Shown here in pieces: positions 13,009-25,165 of a stretch of 64,000 nt of DNA. A program made the translations under genes and the position numbers. Positions within the stretch are counted from its first letter, which is position 1. Every line of letters starts with the position of its first letter. The notes beneath the pieces are model-generated. The model did no database searches. It worked only from the letters and a program-made list of their open reading frames with translations, and was not told where the DNA came from. Where the stretch lies: assembly GCF_020745735.1 (NCBI RefSeq), contig NC_083435.1, positions 26,721,231 through 26,785,230 of the forward strand, in the 5' to 3' direction. The DNA comes from Hemiscyllium ocellatum (taxonomy: Eukaryota).

Positions 13009-13437
13009 GGAGAAAGTGAGGACTGCAGATGCTGGAAAAATGTGGTGCTGGAAAAACACAACAGGCCAGGCAGCATTCGAGGAGCAGGAGAATCGACATT
13101 TCGGGCATAAGCCCTTTTTCAGGAACCTCTTCCCACACCTCCGCCCTTGAACTCCACCCCTCCAATCGCCACGAGGACAGAACCCCACTGGTCCTCACCT
13201 TCCATCCCACCAACCTCCAGATACATCGTATCATCCTCCATCATTTCTGCCACCTCCAGACAGACCCCACCACCAGGGATATATTTCCCTCTCCACCCCT
13301 ATCAGCATTCAGGAAAGACCACTCTCTCCGCGACTCCCTCGTTACTTCCTGAAAAAGGGCTTATGCCCGAAACATCGATTCTCCTGCTCCTCGGATGTTG
13401 CCTGGCCTGCTGTGTTTTTCCAGCACATTTTTCAATG
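13009..13437. mobile_element. Penelope-like element: inverted pseudo-LTRs flanking an ORF fragment, 13-bp TSD
   Basis: ORF fragment DRTPLVLTFHPTNLQIHRIIL..FPSPPLSAFRKDHSLRDSLV is typical of the Penelope RT/GIY-YIG linker. TSD CAGATG(A/G)GAGATA at 12996-13008 and 13438-13450. Confidence 0.9.
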
Positions 13438-14006
13438 CAGATGGGAGATACCCAAGGTTACTATGGGAAACAATTGCTGTGCCTTTGGCGATGATCATTG
13501 CGTCCCCACTGTTCATTGGAGTAGTACCAGATGATTGGAGGATGGGAAAGTAAATAGGCATAACCCTGGGAATTACAACCCAGTCAGTCTTATGCTGATG
13601 GTGGGCAAACTATTGGAGAATATTGAGAGGCAGGATTTATGACGATTTGAAAAGCATAGTTTGATTAGAGATAGTCAGCATAGCGTTGTGAGAGGCAGGC
13701 CATGTCTCACAAGCCTTATTGAATTCTTTGAGGATGTGACAAAACACAATGATGAAGGTGGAGCAATAGATGGATTTTAGCAAGACTCTTGATAAGGTTC
13801 CTCATGGTAGGCTCATTCAGAAAGCAAGGAGGCATGGGAAATCTGGCTGTCTGGATACAGAATTGGCAGGCCCGCGGAAGATAGAAGGTTGTAGTAGATG
13901 CAAAGTATTCAGCCTGGAGCTCAGTGACCAGTGGTGTTCTGCAGGGATCTGTTCTAGGACCTCTGTTCCTTGCGACTTTTTATAAATAACTTAGGTGAGG
14001 AAGTTA

Positions 14007-14341
14007 GGGGTGGCACGGTAGCTCAGTGGTTAGCACTACTGCCTCACAGTGCCAGTGATCCGGGTTCAATTCCAGCCTTGGGCGACTGTCTGTCTGTGTG
14101 GAGTTTACACGTTCTCCTGGTGTCTGTGGGGGTTTCCTCCGGGTGCTCCGGTTTCCTCCCACAATCCAAAGATGTGCAGATCAGATGAATTGGCCATACT
14201 AAATTACCCATAGTGTTAGGTGAATTAGTCAGGGGTAAATGTGGTGAATGGGTCTGGGTGAGTTACTCTTCGGAGGGTTGGTGTGGACTTGTTGGGCTAA
14301 GAGGTCTGCATCTGTACTGTAGGGAATCTAATCTAATCTAA
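14007..14341 (+). mobile_element. HE1-type SINE nested in CR1
   Basis: Full head, central domain and (ATCTA)n tail. Confidence 0.93.
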
Positions 14342-14759
14342 GCAGAAGGTTGGTTTAGTAAGTTTGCCAATAACTGGAAGGTTGATGGAGTTGTGGTAAG
14401 TGTGGAGAGCTGCTGTAGGTTGCAACAGGACATTGACAGGACGCAGAGCTGGGCTGAGAACTGGCAGATGGAGTTCAATTTGAAAAGTGTGACGTGATTC
14501 ATTTTGAAGGTGGAATTTTAATGCAGGTTAGAGTTCAAGACAGGATTCTTGGCAATGTTGGGGTCCACATCCATAGATCCCTCAAAGTTGCCATCCAATT
14601 TGCTAGCGAAAATAGGTGAACTGTCTTCTGGAAAACATCTGTCTGCATTGTCGGGACTCTATCATTCTATGAAACATAATTTCTGAAACATTTCCTGTGT
14701 TAGTTGCAAACTGTTTTCAATTTACCATGTTCAGTTATGAAAGGAACCAGACTGTGGAA

Positions 14760-14915
14760 ATGGTTGCATGGGACTTTGAGGTATTACTATCAGCAATCCT
14801 GGCACTACCGGAATGAATTCCTAGTACAAGATGACATATTGTTCAAAGGAAATAGAAGCATTATCCCCAAGGAGTTGAGGAGAAATTCTGAAGCACATTA
14901 ATGCAAGCCATTATG
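14760..14915 (+). mobile_element. Gypsy-type pol fragment (region before the integrase Zn-binding domain)
   Basis: WHYRNEFLVQDDILFKGNRSIIPKELR resembles the Gypsy YWxxRDELxVxDGILFKGxRxIIP motif. Confidence 0.7.
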
Positions 14916-15199
14916 ATATTACTCTATATCTGAGCAGAATTGAAAGTCCAAAGGGAAAGATGAGAGAGCGAAGACAGATAAGAAAAGTGAGTTGGTTATG
15001 AAATTGAAAAGACAGGAAATGAGACCTAGTATTAGAAGTGTAAGAGAAAGATAAAAAGGAGACATATAAGTTGAAAATGTACAGTTGAAGCAGGGATCTG
15101 TTATACTGATGCAGGCCCTGGTGAGAAGAATTCAACATAAATGTGACTTTGATGACAAGACTTGCACCTCTCACCTGACCGCTGGACTTCAGCTCTTTT

Positions 15200-15385
15200 T
15201 GTCTATGTCACTGGCAGAGTACTCAGAGGATGCTCTGATGTTCTGACAGATGTTCTCCCAGACATCTTCAACATCTCCCTGAGCTGCATCATAGTTCCAA
15301 CACACTTTCAGGGCGATACCATTGTCCCTGTGCTGAAGACACCTTCAGCTTCCTGTCTCAACAACTCCCACCTTGTTGCGCTTTA
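15200..15385 (+). mobile_element. Rex1/Babar-type LINE RT fragment
   Basis: GRVLRGCSDVLTDVLPDIFNISLS..VPTHFQGDTIVPVLK..ASCLN matches the Rex1 RT N-terminal pattern. Confidence 0.7.
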
Positions 15386-15394
15386 CACCCACCA

Positions 15395-16600
15395 CCAGGA
15401 GACATTTTCAGATGTATCTTTCAGATAAGGGAAGATGGCTATATAGTGGTGATGTCACTGGGTTTTTAGTCACAACCTAATGATCTGGGGACATAGAATC
15501 ACAACCCTCATGACAGATAGAGAAGTTCAAATTCAACAAAAATCTGGAACTAAAAGCCAGTTTAATAGGGTCATTCTCAATTGTTGAAGAAAAACAACTC
15601 ATTATTGTCCTTTCAAGGGATGAAACCTACAACCTTTCCTGGTCTGGGTGTACATGTAACTCCAGACCCACAGCAGTGGGCCCAAAGGACAATTATTGCC
15701 AGCCTAATTCACAATGTCTGCATTACTTTATTTTTTTTAAAAATGGTGTGGAAAAATGCTCCTAAACTCTGCCAAATATTTGGCAACAGCTGAAACCACA
15801 AAATACACAGCAAAGGTTCTCCTAACATACTCACAGAATTGTTGAAGACGTTTTTGCTTCAAAACTTGTCATGTCCCTAATCAAACTGTACGAGTACAGC
15901 TATCTCAGCCATAAACAGCACTGCAGGAATGCCTCAGGGTACTGTCCCAGGTCCAAACATGTAACCTGCTTCATCAATAACCTTCCCTCCATCATAAAGT
16001 CAGACGAAGGGATGTTCATCGATGATTGCACATTTTTCAGTACCATTTGTGTCACCTCAGACACTGAAACAGTCCATGTATTTACATAGCAAGACACGGG
16101 TACAACAGAAAGCCTGTGTTGGCAGGTGGGAAGTTAGATTTGTGCAAAACAAGTACCAGGCCATGGCAACCTTCAACAAGACAGAATCACAAGGTCTTCC
16201 ATTCGTGTCTCCATTTCGAAATTCAAAGGCAATACTATCACTGAATCTCCCACCATCAATACTGAAATGAATTCCACTGCCCAGAAATGTGTCATTGCAG
16301 GGCTTTACAACTAAGTCAGAGGGTAGGGATTCTGTGGCGAGTACCTCATCTCCTGGCTTGTTCACCATCAACGTGTTGTACGATGGAATCTTGCCACTGC
16401 TCACAATGTTGTGTGTGCTTAATTGACTCTTGGTCACTAGAATCAGAATTTGCTGCCTCCTTTCTTCTTTTCAATTGGGATTCACCAATCTACTTTGTCA
16501 TAGTGGTGACCATGAACCATCTCACCCAATATCTTATCATTACATCATATTGGGTGAAGATTAATTTATTATTCTACATGAACCTTTTCTGAGAATCAAA
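15395..16600 (+). mobile_element. Old LINE remnant in the upstream flank shared by the class I duplication units
   Basis: Paralogous to 31390-32640, 35600-36840 and 61190-62560 (e.g. TAGTGGTGATGTCAC, GAAGACxTTTGCTTCAAAAC). Confidence 0.7.
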
Positions 16601-16629
16601 CATCTTCGACTTCATAATGCACAGGAATG

Positions 16630-18480
16630 TACTATCGTGCACTCCATTATCTGGAATACAGGTGCAGGTCTGATAAGACTTTGCCACAGAACGAGTGGAG
16701 GTCTCTTGGATGTGACAGTCTTAAAAGTGGTGACAAGGGAGGAGATATCGGAGATCCTGGCAAATCCTCTCTGGCTACAGGTGAGATGCTAAGGGCTGCT
16801 AATGTTGACTCATGATTAAAAGAGGGAGGAGGGATTGACCAGGAATTGACAGGTGAGTCAGCCCAACCTCAGTGGTAGAGGAACTATTAGAGGGAATATA
16901 ATGGCACGTGGAGAGAAATGGATTAATCAATGTTAATCAGCATGGGTTTATTAACGGGAAGGTTGTGTTTGACAAATTTGATCAAATTGTTTCAGGAGGA
17001 ACTAGGATTATGGATATGGGTAATGCATTTGATGTGATCTGTACGGATTTTCGAAAAGCCTTTGATCACTTTTTCATGCGACCGATGACAAAAGAAAAGA
17101 GCCCACGGGTTCCAAGGCAAAAAAAAAAGAGCTGGAAGGTAATATGCAGGCAGTGATGGTAGAGGGCTGTTTCTGTGACTAGAAGCCTGTTTACTGTGGG
17201 CTTCTTTAGGGCCCAGTGCTACAGTAATAATTTGAACTTTAATGTAAGGAGTATGATCATGAAGTTTGTAGGTGACACAAGCATTGTCAATAGTGAGTAT
17301 GATAGTCATAAACTGTAGAGGATAATAATAGTCTGGTCAGCTGGTAAGACCATAAGACATAGGAGTGGAGGTAAGGCCATTTGGCCCATCGAGTCCACTC
17401 TGCCATTCAATCATGGCTGATGGGCATTTCAACTCCACTTACCCATATTCTCCCCGGAGCCCTTATTTCCTTGTGACATCAAGAATTTATCAATCTCTGG
17501 CTTGAAGACATTTAGCGTTCCAGCCTCCACTGCACTCCACGGCAATGAATTCCACAGGCCCACCACACTCTGGCTGAAGAAATGTCTCTGCACTTCTGTT
17601 CTGAGTTTACCTCCTCTAATTCTAAGGCTGTGTCTACGGGTCCTAGTCTCCTCGCCTAATGGAAACAATTTCCTAGCGTCCACCCTTTCCAAGCCATGTA
17701 TTATCTTGTAAGTTTCTATTAGATCTCCCCTTAATCTTCTAAACTCCAATTAATACAATCCCAGGATCCTCAGCCGTTCCTCGTATATTAGACCTACCAT
17801 TCCAGGGATCATCCCTGTGAATCTCCGCTGGACACGCTCCAGTGCCAGTATGTCCTTCCTGAGGTGTGGGGACCAAAACTGGACACACCAGTCCAAATGG
17901 GGCCTAACCAGAGGCTTCATAAAGTCTCAGTAGCACAACAGTGCTTTTATATTCCAACCCTCGAGATAAATGACAACATTGCATTTGCTTTCTTAAATCA
18001 CGGACTCAACCTGCATGTTTACCTTTAGAGAATCCTCGACTAGCACTCCCAGATCCCTTTGTACTTTGGCTTTATGAATTTTCTCACCGCTTAAAAAGTA
18101 GTCCATGCTTGTATTCTTTTTTCCAAAGTGCAAGACCTCACATTTGCTCACATTGAATTCCATCAGCCATTTCCTGGACCACTCTCCCAAATTGTCTAGA
18201 TCCTTCTACAGCTTCCCCACTTCCTCAGTACTACCTGCCAGTCCACGTAACTTCGTATCATCGGCAAACTTTGGGAGAATGCCCCCAGTCCCTTCATCCT
18301 TCTAAACTTAGAAAAAAGTGTGAGCTAATGCATTTGGAAGGTTAACAAAGCTAGCTATTTCAGTAGCAAGGGAGGTCTAGGATTTCAACCCAGCATCAGT
18401 TTCGTCCACAAATATTGAAAACGTCACAAGCCTCAAAAGAGAGATCATTAACAAAGATCAGGAAACACAAGGGTATTAAT
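16630..18480 (+). mobile_element. Old CR1 fragment split by a younger antisense CR1
   Basis: RT motifs (DFRKAFD) at 16900-17340 resume at about 18305. Confidence 0.7.
17348..18300 (-). mobile_element. Younger CR1 LINE 3' end, same subfamily as 44950-49085
   Basis: Minus-strand ORFs WLMEFNVSKCEVLHFGKKN and EFRRLRGDLIETYKI; tail nearly matches 48660-49085. Confidence 0.92.
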
Positions 18481-18929
18481 GTCAAATCTTGGGGAACTCC
18501 TCTACCGACTTTCCTCCAGCTCAAAAATATCTATTGAATATTACTCTTTGCCCTAATGTTCAGACCACTTTGTTTCCACATTGATACTGCCTGACTGACT
18601 CATCTCTCTCACTTTTCTTTGCGAAGGAAGCATTCCTGTTAATTTCTCAGAACTACTTTCACAATAACTCTGTTTAGTTACAAAGTACAAGTCATTTCCC
18701 CAATTTTTTAATCTTACATTAAACACACAGCAGAATTATCTGATCATTTTGACTTGCTTAAGCACTTCCTCTCTACAGATCACCTTTTCTTAAAATAATG
18801 CTTCTTCTTTTGATGGAGTGCTGTTTATTGACAGCCTAGAAATTAAGAAAGAAGTTTAATTAAAGCAAAATATTCAGGAGCTGTGGTGAGTACTTTTTAT
18901 ACCTTGTAAAAACTGTAACAAACACTACA

Positions 18930-19360
18930 TTGGACAATAGGCAGAAAATTAGCCTCAGGATACATGAACATTTGTAAGCCACAAAAAGACATGACCCACT
19001 CTCACTAGTATCTTTACATACGGATGAGGAAGGACACCACTTCAACTGGGACAACACATTTATCCTAGGACAAGCCAAACAGAGACATGCATGAGAATTT
19101 CTAGAAGCATGGCATTCCAACTGGAAGTCTATCAGCAAACACATAGACTTGGACCCCATTTACCACTCCTTCAGAAAATGAACAGGAATTGACATCAACC
19201 ACCCAAGGAAACCGAAACATATAAATAGAAAGCGTGCTAGTTCACTGAAGGTGTTACCTAGTATGGTGACAAAACGTCTGAAAATGAACCTTCCAGGTCA
19301 GCGAGAAAACTTACATCCAGAACCTCAACCTGAGCTACAAATCTTCTCAAAACCCGCTAT
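18930..19360 (+). mobile_element. Penelope element 3' end (GIY-YIG endonuclease C-terminus and pseudo-LTR with decayed hammerhead)
   Basis: Reads RIHEHL.ATKRHDPLSLVSLHTDEEGHHFNWDNTFILGQAKQRHA.EFLEAWHS; at 19241-19282 TTCA-CTGAAGG..AAAACGTC-TGAA is a mutated core. Confidence 0.85.
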
Positions 19361-19379
19361 TCATATAGATTTGTATCAT

Positions 19380-19890
19380 TTATAGTCACAGGTGAAGTGC
19401 TGGAAGACTGGAAGTTGGCTAACATGGTGCCACTATTTAAGAAAGGTGGTGAGGAAAAGGCAGAGAACAATAGACCAGTGAGCCTTACATTGGTGGGCAA
19501 GTTGTTGGAGGCAACCCTGAGGAACAGGATTTACATGCAATTGGAATAGCATGGACTGATTAGGGGTAGTCAGCATGGCTTTGTGCAAGGGAAATAATTT
19601 CTCACAAACTTGACTGTGTTTTTTGAAGGAGTAATGAAAATGATTGAGAGAAGTGTGGTGGACGAGATCTATATGGACTTCAGCAAGGCATTCGCCAAGG
19701 TTCCTCCTGGTAGACTAGTTATTAAGGTTAGATCTCAAAATACAGGGAGACCTAGCCATTTGTATACAGAACTGGCTTGAAGGTAGAAGACAGCATGGTG
19801 GTGATGGAGGGTTGCTTTTGAGACTGGAGGTCTGTGACCAGTGGTGTGCTACAAGACTTGGTGCTGGGTCCACTGCTTTTTGTCATCTAT
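19380..19890 (+). mobile_element. CR1 LINE RT fragment
   Basis: EDWKLANMVPLFKKGG, QHGFVQG and DFSKAF motifs. Confidence 0.85.
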
Positions 19891-21166
19891 ATGAACAGCA
19901 GGTTTCGAGAAGATTTGTAGCTCAGGCTGAGACTGTTACAGTTCAGGAATGGAGTGAGTCAAACAGTCAGGTCATGCAGGGACAAAGCAGAGAACAAGGT
20001 AGGATGATAAATTAAACTTTATTTATTTCAATGCAAGAGGCCAAACAGGAAAGGTGGCTTGGGAACCAGGTAGTCTTCAGGACTCAAAAAGGAGTTCAAA
20101 CATTTTAGAACCTGAGCACTTTCTATGTCCTTTTCCTACTCACATAATCCAGCCTGTCACAGCATGGTCTGCTTTCAGCACAGCTAACCCATTTTCACCT
20201 ACTTATATTCCCCACAACCAGCAATTTTTCTTTCTCTCTTGCATGTGATCATTCATTTCTTGGTCAATCTAATGGTCATTCTCTCTCTGCATCTCCATCC
20301 ATCACTCCTATCCCTGTATGCAGCACATACAACATCTTTTCCAAGCTACTTGCATCCACAAACTTTCACTCCTTCCACCACCAGATGTACAGTAGCAGTG
20401 TACGATCTATGCAAGATGACCTGCAGAGGTTTGCCAACCATTCTTTGACAATACCTTTCCAACATATGACCACTTCCATCTGGAAGGACAAGGGCAGCAT
20501 ATACATGGGAACACCATCATCTGCAAGTTTCCCTCCAAGCCACTCATCACCCCAACTTGGAAATATTTTACCGTTCCTTCAGTGATGCTGGAACAGAGTT
20601 CTGGAAGTCTTTTTCTAAGGACATTGTGGGTTTACCTATAGCAGATGGATTGCAACAATTCAAGAAGGTAAATTGCTGCCACCTTCAAGGGTAACTAGGA
20701 CAGCAAGAAATGCTGGCCCAGCAGCAATGACCACATCATGAGTGAATTTTAAAAAACCTTCAGTTCCCAAGAAGGGTCACTGGACCCAAAACGTTAACTC
20801 TGCTCTCTCTCCACATTTGCTACCTGACCTGTGGAGTTTTACCAGCAATGTCTGCTTCCTTTTGATTCCAGATTTCCAGCATCTGCAGTTTTTTAAAATT
20901 TTATCTTATCCACAATGAGTAGTTTCCAGATTTTTCTTTCTGCCAAACCCCACCTCTAATACATCTTAAAGCTCAGGCCCATACTGTAGCAACTATTTCC
21001 AGAAGGTAAGTCTTAAAGGTCAGTGTTGAACTGTATGAGTGGTCTTTTTTTGACAGCAGGGAGACAGTCACGGAGCTCAAAGTTCTCCCTTCGGATTGCA
21101 GTTAACACCAGCTCCAATATCCCAGATACAACATTCTTCTCACTTTTGACCAACACTAGTAGTATC

Positions 21167-21207
21167 TTAGGTATTGGCAGAACCGTCTGAGGGTGTCCTA
21201 TCATCAG
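21167..21207 (-). CDS. MHC class I-like gene A, last cytoplasmic exon (T-DDRTPSDGSANT*)
   Basis: Acceptor CTCTTTCCATTACAG, phase 1, stop TAA at 21169-21167; downstream UTR homologous to gene B. Confidence 0.85.
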
Positions 21208-21544
21208 CTGTAATGGAAAGAGAGGCATTAAAAACTGTTCATTATCCGAGACACTGACAGAACACAAGACAAACAGAAGGTGTGTGTGATGGGGAAACAG
21301 ACAGAGGGGAAAAAGAAATATGTGATAAATATTCACAGACAGAAGTGGATAGATATACCCAGACCAGAGATACAATGGAAGCAGGTACAGAGACCAAGAC
21401 AGACAGAAAAGAAAGAAAGAAAGATGTAGAGAGACATTGTATAACACACAGACATAGAAACAAGCCATTATGTGCATCTAACACAAAAAGAAGAGTTAGT
21501 CTCACAATAATAGAGATCCAGAAATGTCCAAAATATCAGCTTAC

Positions 21545-21577
21545 TGTTTGTGGGATCGTAGCTATTCTTCACTTCCT
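21545..21577 (-). CDS. Gene A cytoplasmic exon 1 (E-EVKNSYDPTN), 33 bp, Tyr motif
   Basis: Acceptor TTGTTTTTGCAG, donor GTAAGC, phase 1/1; resembles the conserved Tyr-bearing class I tail exon. Confidence 0.88.
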
Positions 21578-22150
21578 CTGCAAAAACAAGGAATGTTTAG
21601 TGATTAACAAAAAAAGAATTGAGTCACAGAACAGAGAAAGGTGGAAACGCCAAAAGAAAGTGAGCGAAAGACATGAAGTCTCTTGAGACCCCTATTCCCA
21701 ATGAGACACCTACCCAAGGCTCTCACCCTGACCAGTACCCAAGACCCACGCTCCTATCCAGGCTCAGTCCTTCATTATTAAATTTGCCCTGAGCCACTAA
21801 TATCCAACACCAAACTGAGAGCCATCCGCAATTTGAAGTGATTTTACACTCACATGTACCCTGAGAACCTACATGTACTCCTACCTACCCGAAGGAACAG
21901 GGTTCCATCTCCTACCTTGCTTCACAAACTGAGGCCTTCTCCCCACAGCCAGAGCTCCTGTAAACCTTGAGACCAACCTCCAAACACAGAGGTTCTTCCC
22001 CCATCTGGAGCGCACATGCATGCGCATACACACACACACACACGCGTGCACACACCCTGGGCCCTGAACTCTACTGTGGGAAACCCCTCTTCAGGCTCTC
22101 CATCCCCTGAATTCCCAGTGAGGAGCTGCCACTTTTTCATAAACTCCTAC

Positions 22151-22255
22151 CTTTCTTCTTGTAGATGAAGACAGCCGCAACAGCAAGAGCAACGATCCCA
22201 ACGACCCCAAGTAGAATCCAGACAGTCATGGGAACCTGGGAGCGAGATGTCGGGA
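22151..22255 (-). CDS. Gene A transmembrane exon (V-PTSRSQVPMTVWILLGVVGIVALAVAAVFIYKKK)
   Basis: 105 bp, AG/GT flanks, hydrophobic stretch followed by KKK. Confidence 0.95.
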
Positions 22256-22785
22256 CTGACAGAGAGAGAGAGAGACAGACAGACAGAGGTATTTATTCTC
22301 CATTAGGAGGTTACTCCCAGTATTCCTCAACTAAATCTCTCTGTTTCCCTCTATTTCCTTCTACTTTCCTTTTTCACTTCCTGTGGATGCAAGTTCCACA
22401 TTCCCACCACTCTTTACCCGAAGAAGCTTCTTCTCAATTTGCTACTACCTACTGTTACAGTCTGTTAGGTCACTCTTCAGTCTCCATTATTCAAGAGAGA
22501 AGATATCCAGCATGTCAATCCTTTCCTGATATGTATACTCTCACATACATATCATCATTGACAATCTTCTCTGCATCCTCTCCTACGTCTCAATATCTTT
22601 TCTATATGGTGATCACAACTATCTGCAGTACTCCATATGTGGTCTCAATCACACTTCAAGATTAATTTAGCATCACCTACCAACTAGATCCCTCTCTAGA
22701 TAATTATGTTGCATGCTTTTGATTTGTGACCTTGCTAACCAGTTACAAAATGTTTTTCCACAGGTGTATATTTTTGTTCAAGATC

Positions 22786-23093
22786 GTGGGCGGCACGGTG
22801 GCACAGTGGTTAGCACTGCTGCCTCACTGCGCCCGAGACCCGGGTTCAATTCCTGACTCAGGCGACTGACTGTGTGGAGTTTGCACGTTCTCCCCGTGTC
22901 TGCGTGGGTTTCCTCCGGGTGCTCCGGTTTCCTCCCACAGTCCAAAGATGTGTGGGTCAGGTGAATTAGCCATGCTAAATTGCCCGTAGTGTTAGGTAAT
23001 GGGGTAAATGTAGGGGTATGGGTGGGTCGCGCTTCGGCGGGTCGATGTGGACTTGTTGGGCCGTAGGGCCTGTCTCCAATCTAAATCTAAATC
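22786..23093 (+). mobile_element. HE1-type SINE in gene A intron 4, absent in gene B
   Basis: Full consensus; the flanks join uninterrupted in gene B at about 53475-53495. Confidence 0.95.
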
Positions 23094-24018
23094 TCTGTTC
23101 CTCCAGTTCATTTGCCAATAACTTGTTAATTTTAACATTTAGTAATTTTTCTTGTAACTTGTTACATATCTCACGAGTTTGGTCTATCCCCCAATGTGGT
23201 GTCATCTGCAAATTCAGGAATTGTATTTTGATCAGCAGAATCACTGACTGATTAGATTATTCCAGTGTAACATTCAGCAGTCCGGTCAAGTGTGCATGTG
23301 CCTCCTCTGAGATTTTGGTTCTGCTGTCTCCTATTCCATTTATAAAAGAAGATTTTAAATTCTATTGGAAAGAGACAGTAAATGATGCTGAATCATTAAT
23401 TTCAGAATCATTTCAGAAATCCAGTGAAGACGCAGGGGGCAATCTGGGATTTCATGATTCCAAAGTCCAGGTCATTCTTGGAAATTGTGATCAGCAATGT
23501 TTCTAGCACTTGTCCTTGTGGAATATTAATTCCTGCATCTTGAAGCTCTAACAATCCATTTCCAGATCTGTTTCTTGTCTTGAAACCGCCCAACAATCAA
23601 TTTCACGACATTTCCACTCTTGCCACATTCTCTGAATTGAATTTATTCTTTTGTTATGGAAGTATTTAATATGTTTTTTAAAAACCTGCATAAATTACAT
23701 ACATAATATTACTGCTACGAGCCTGATACCACATGAAAAACTTCAGTGAAGTTGGTCAAACATAATATTTCCTCTCAGTCTATGCTGACTTTTTTTGATT
23801 TCATTTAAATCAAAAATAGAAGGTCCTATCATTCTGTTATATCCCAGAATATAACAGCAGGTTAACAGCACCTGAGTAACAGAAAACTGCCTCAATTACT
23901 GTTTTCTAAAAAGAAATGATGTGAGCCCCTGTCCTGATGAGGCAGGTCGGCACTGATTCCCCCTCCTGTAATCCTGGTTTATGTTTGGCTCCTCTCTGAC
24001 AGTGAGAAATAGTCTTAC

Positions 24019-24282
24019 CATAAATTACCACCAGCGTCTCCTCCAGCCCACTGTGCTCCACCTGACAGGAATACTCGGCCTGATCCTCTGGATTAAACCC
24101 CACCCATTTCCGGATCTGATAAGTCCTGTTGTGATTGGGTAAGATCCCTGTGGACAGGGTCTCATCGATCAACACTTCGTCCCTCCACAGAGTCACCTCG
24201 ATGGCTTGTGGGTAAAACCCAGTGACGAGACAGGACAGCCAGTTAGAATCACCCAGACTGGTAAAGGACACGTCAGGGGGAA
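24019..24282 (-). CDS. Gene A alpha3 (C1-Ig) exon
   Basis: 264 bp; LSCLVTGFYPQAIEVTLWRD..PNHNRTYQIRKW..EYSCQVEHSGL; both Cys present; canonical splice sites. Confidence 0.97.
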
Positions 24283-24399
24283 CTAAGGGAGACAGAAACA
24301 GGCATCAGTGCAGGAATGTCAAGATACACTGCCAGGGTACCATACCCTTCAAAGACTCTCTCTCCCTCCTCACTACCTACTGGCTCCCCCCATGCTCAC

Positions 24400-24672
24400 C
24401 GACTTTCAGTTGTCGCTGTCCATACTCCAAGTATCTCTTCAGCCAATCAATACATTCCACATCGAGGTAATGCTTCCACCGCTGATTGTCCACCACATCC
24501 TGGTCCCACCTGTTCTTGATACTTTCTCCCCAGGAGACTGGGGTCACCCACACCATATGATTTTTATCCAAGCTGAGGATGTCTTGTCCATCCCATCCAT
24601 ATTGGTTGAATCCACTTGTCATCCCATCAGCACTCAGGTCACAGCCGGTCATCATTTGATACGTATGGATCC
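24400..24672 (-). CDS. Gene A alpha2 exon
   Basis: 273 bp; GIHTYQMMTGCDL..FNQYGWDGQD..KNRWDQ..YLDVECIDWLKRYLEYG; canonical splice sites. Confidence 0.97.
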
Positions 24673-24851
24673 CTGTCAATCAGAAACACAAGCTGCCAAT
24701 CAAATTGAATTGAATTAGCTTCTTGTCACATGCATTCGAATGAATGCAGTGAAAAGTTTGCAATGTCGCCACTTTTGGCACTATGTTAGGTACAAAATAC
24801 CTATAGACACTTAATATTTAGGTACAAAATTGAAACAATAATAAATATCCA

Positions 24852-25165
24852 GGTAGGCGGCACGGCGGATAGCACTGCTGCCTCACAGCACTAGAGGTTC
24901 AATTCCGCCTCAGGCAACTGTCTGTGTGGAGTTTGCACGTTCTCACTGTGTCTCTGTGGGGTTCCTCCGCGTGCTCTGGTTTCCTCCCACATTCCAAAAT
25001 TGTGCAGATTAGGTGAATTGGCCTTGCTAAATTGCCAGTAGTGTTAGGTGAAGGGGTAAATGTAAGGGAAAGAGTCTGTGTGGGTTACTTTTCGGAGGGT
25101 CGGTGTGGACTTGTTGGACCGAAAGGCCTGTTTCCACACTAAGTAATCGAAAAAAAACAAATCTA
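24852..25165 (+). mobile_element. HE1-type SINE in gene A intron 2
   Basis: Consensus head, central domain and tail; accounts for part of the 971-bp versus 212-bp intron difference from gene B. Confidence 0.92.

Larger units (their letters stand above)
12290..14600 (+). mobile_element. CR1 LINE fragments (ORF2) interrupted by a Penelope insertion and a SINE
   Basis: MDFSKTLDKVPHGRLIQK and PQGSVLGP-like RT motifs; multiple stops. Confidence 0.85.

Noticed and set aside
21013-21686. Long overlapping ORFs (154 aa minus, 134 aa plus)
   Set aside because: They run through the purine/pyrimidine-skewed intron 6 of gene A; the real tail exons are in other frames.
22165-22665. 166-aa plus-strand ORF
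   Set aside because: Antisense to the TM exon and intron 4 of gene A, crosses a GA microsatellite, and has no recognisable domain.
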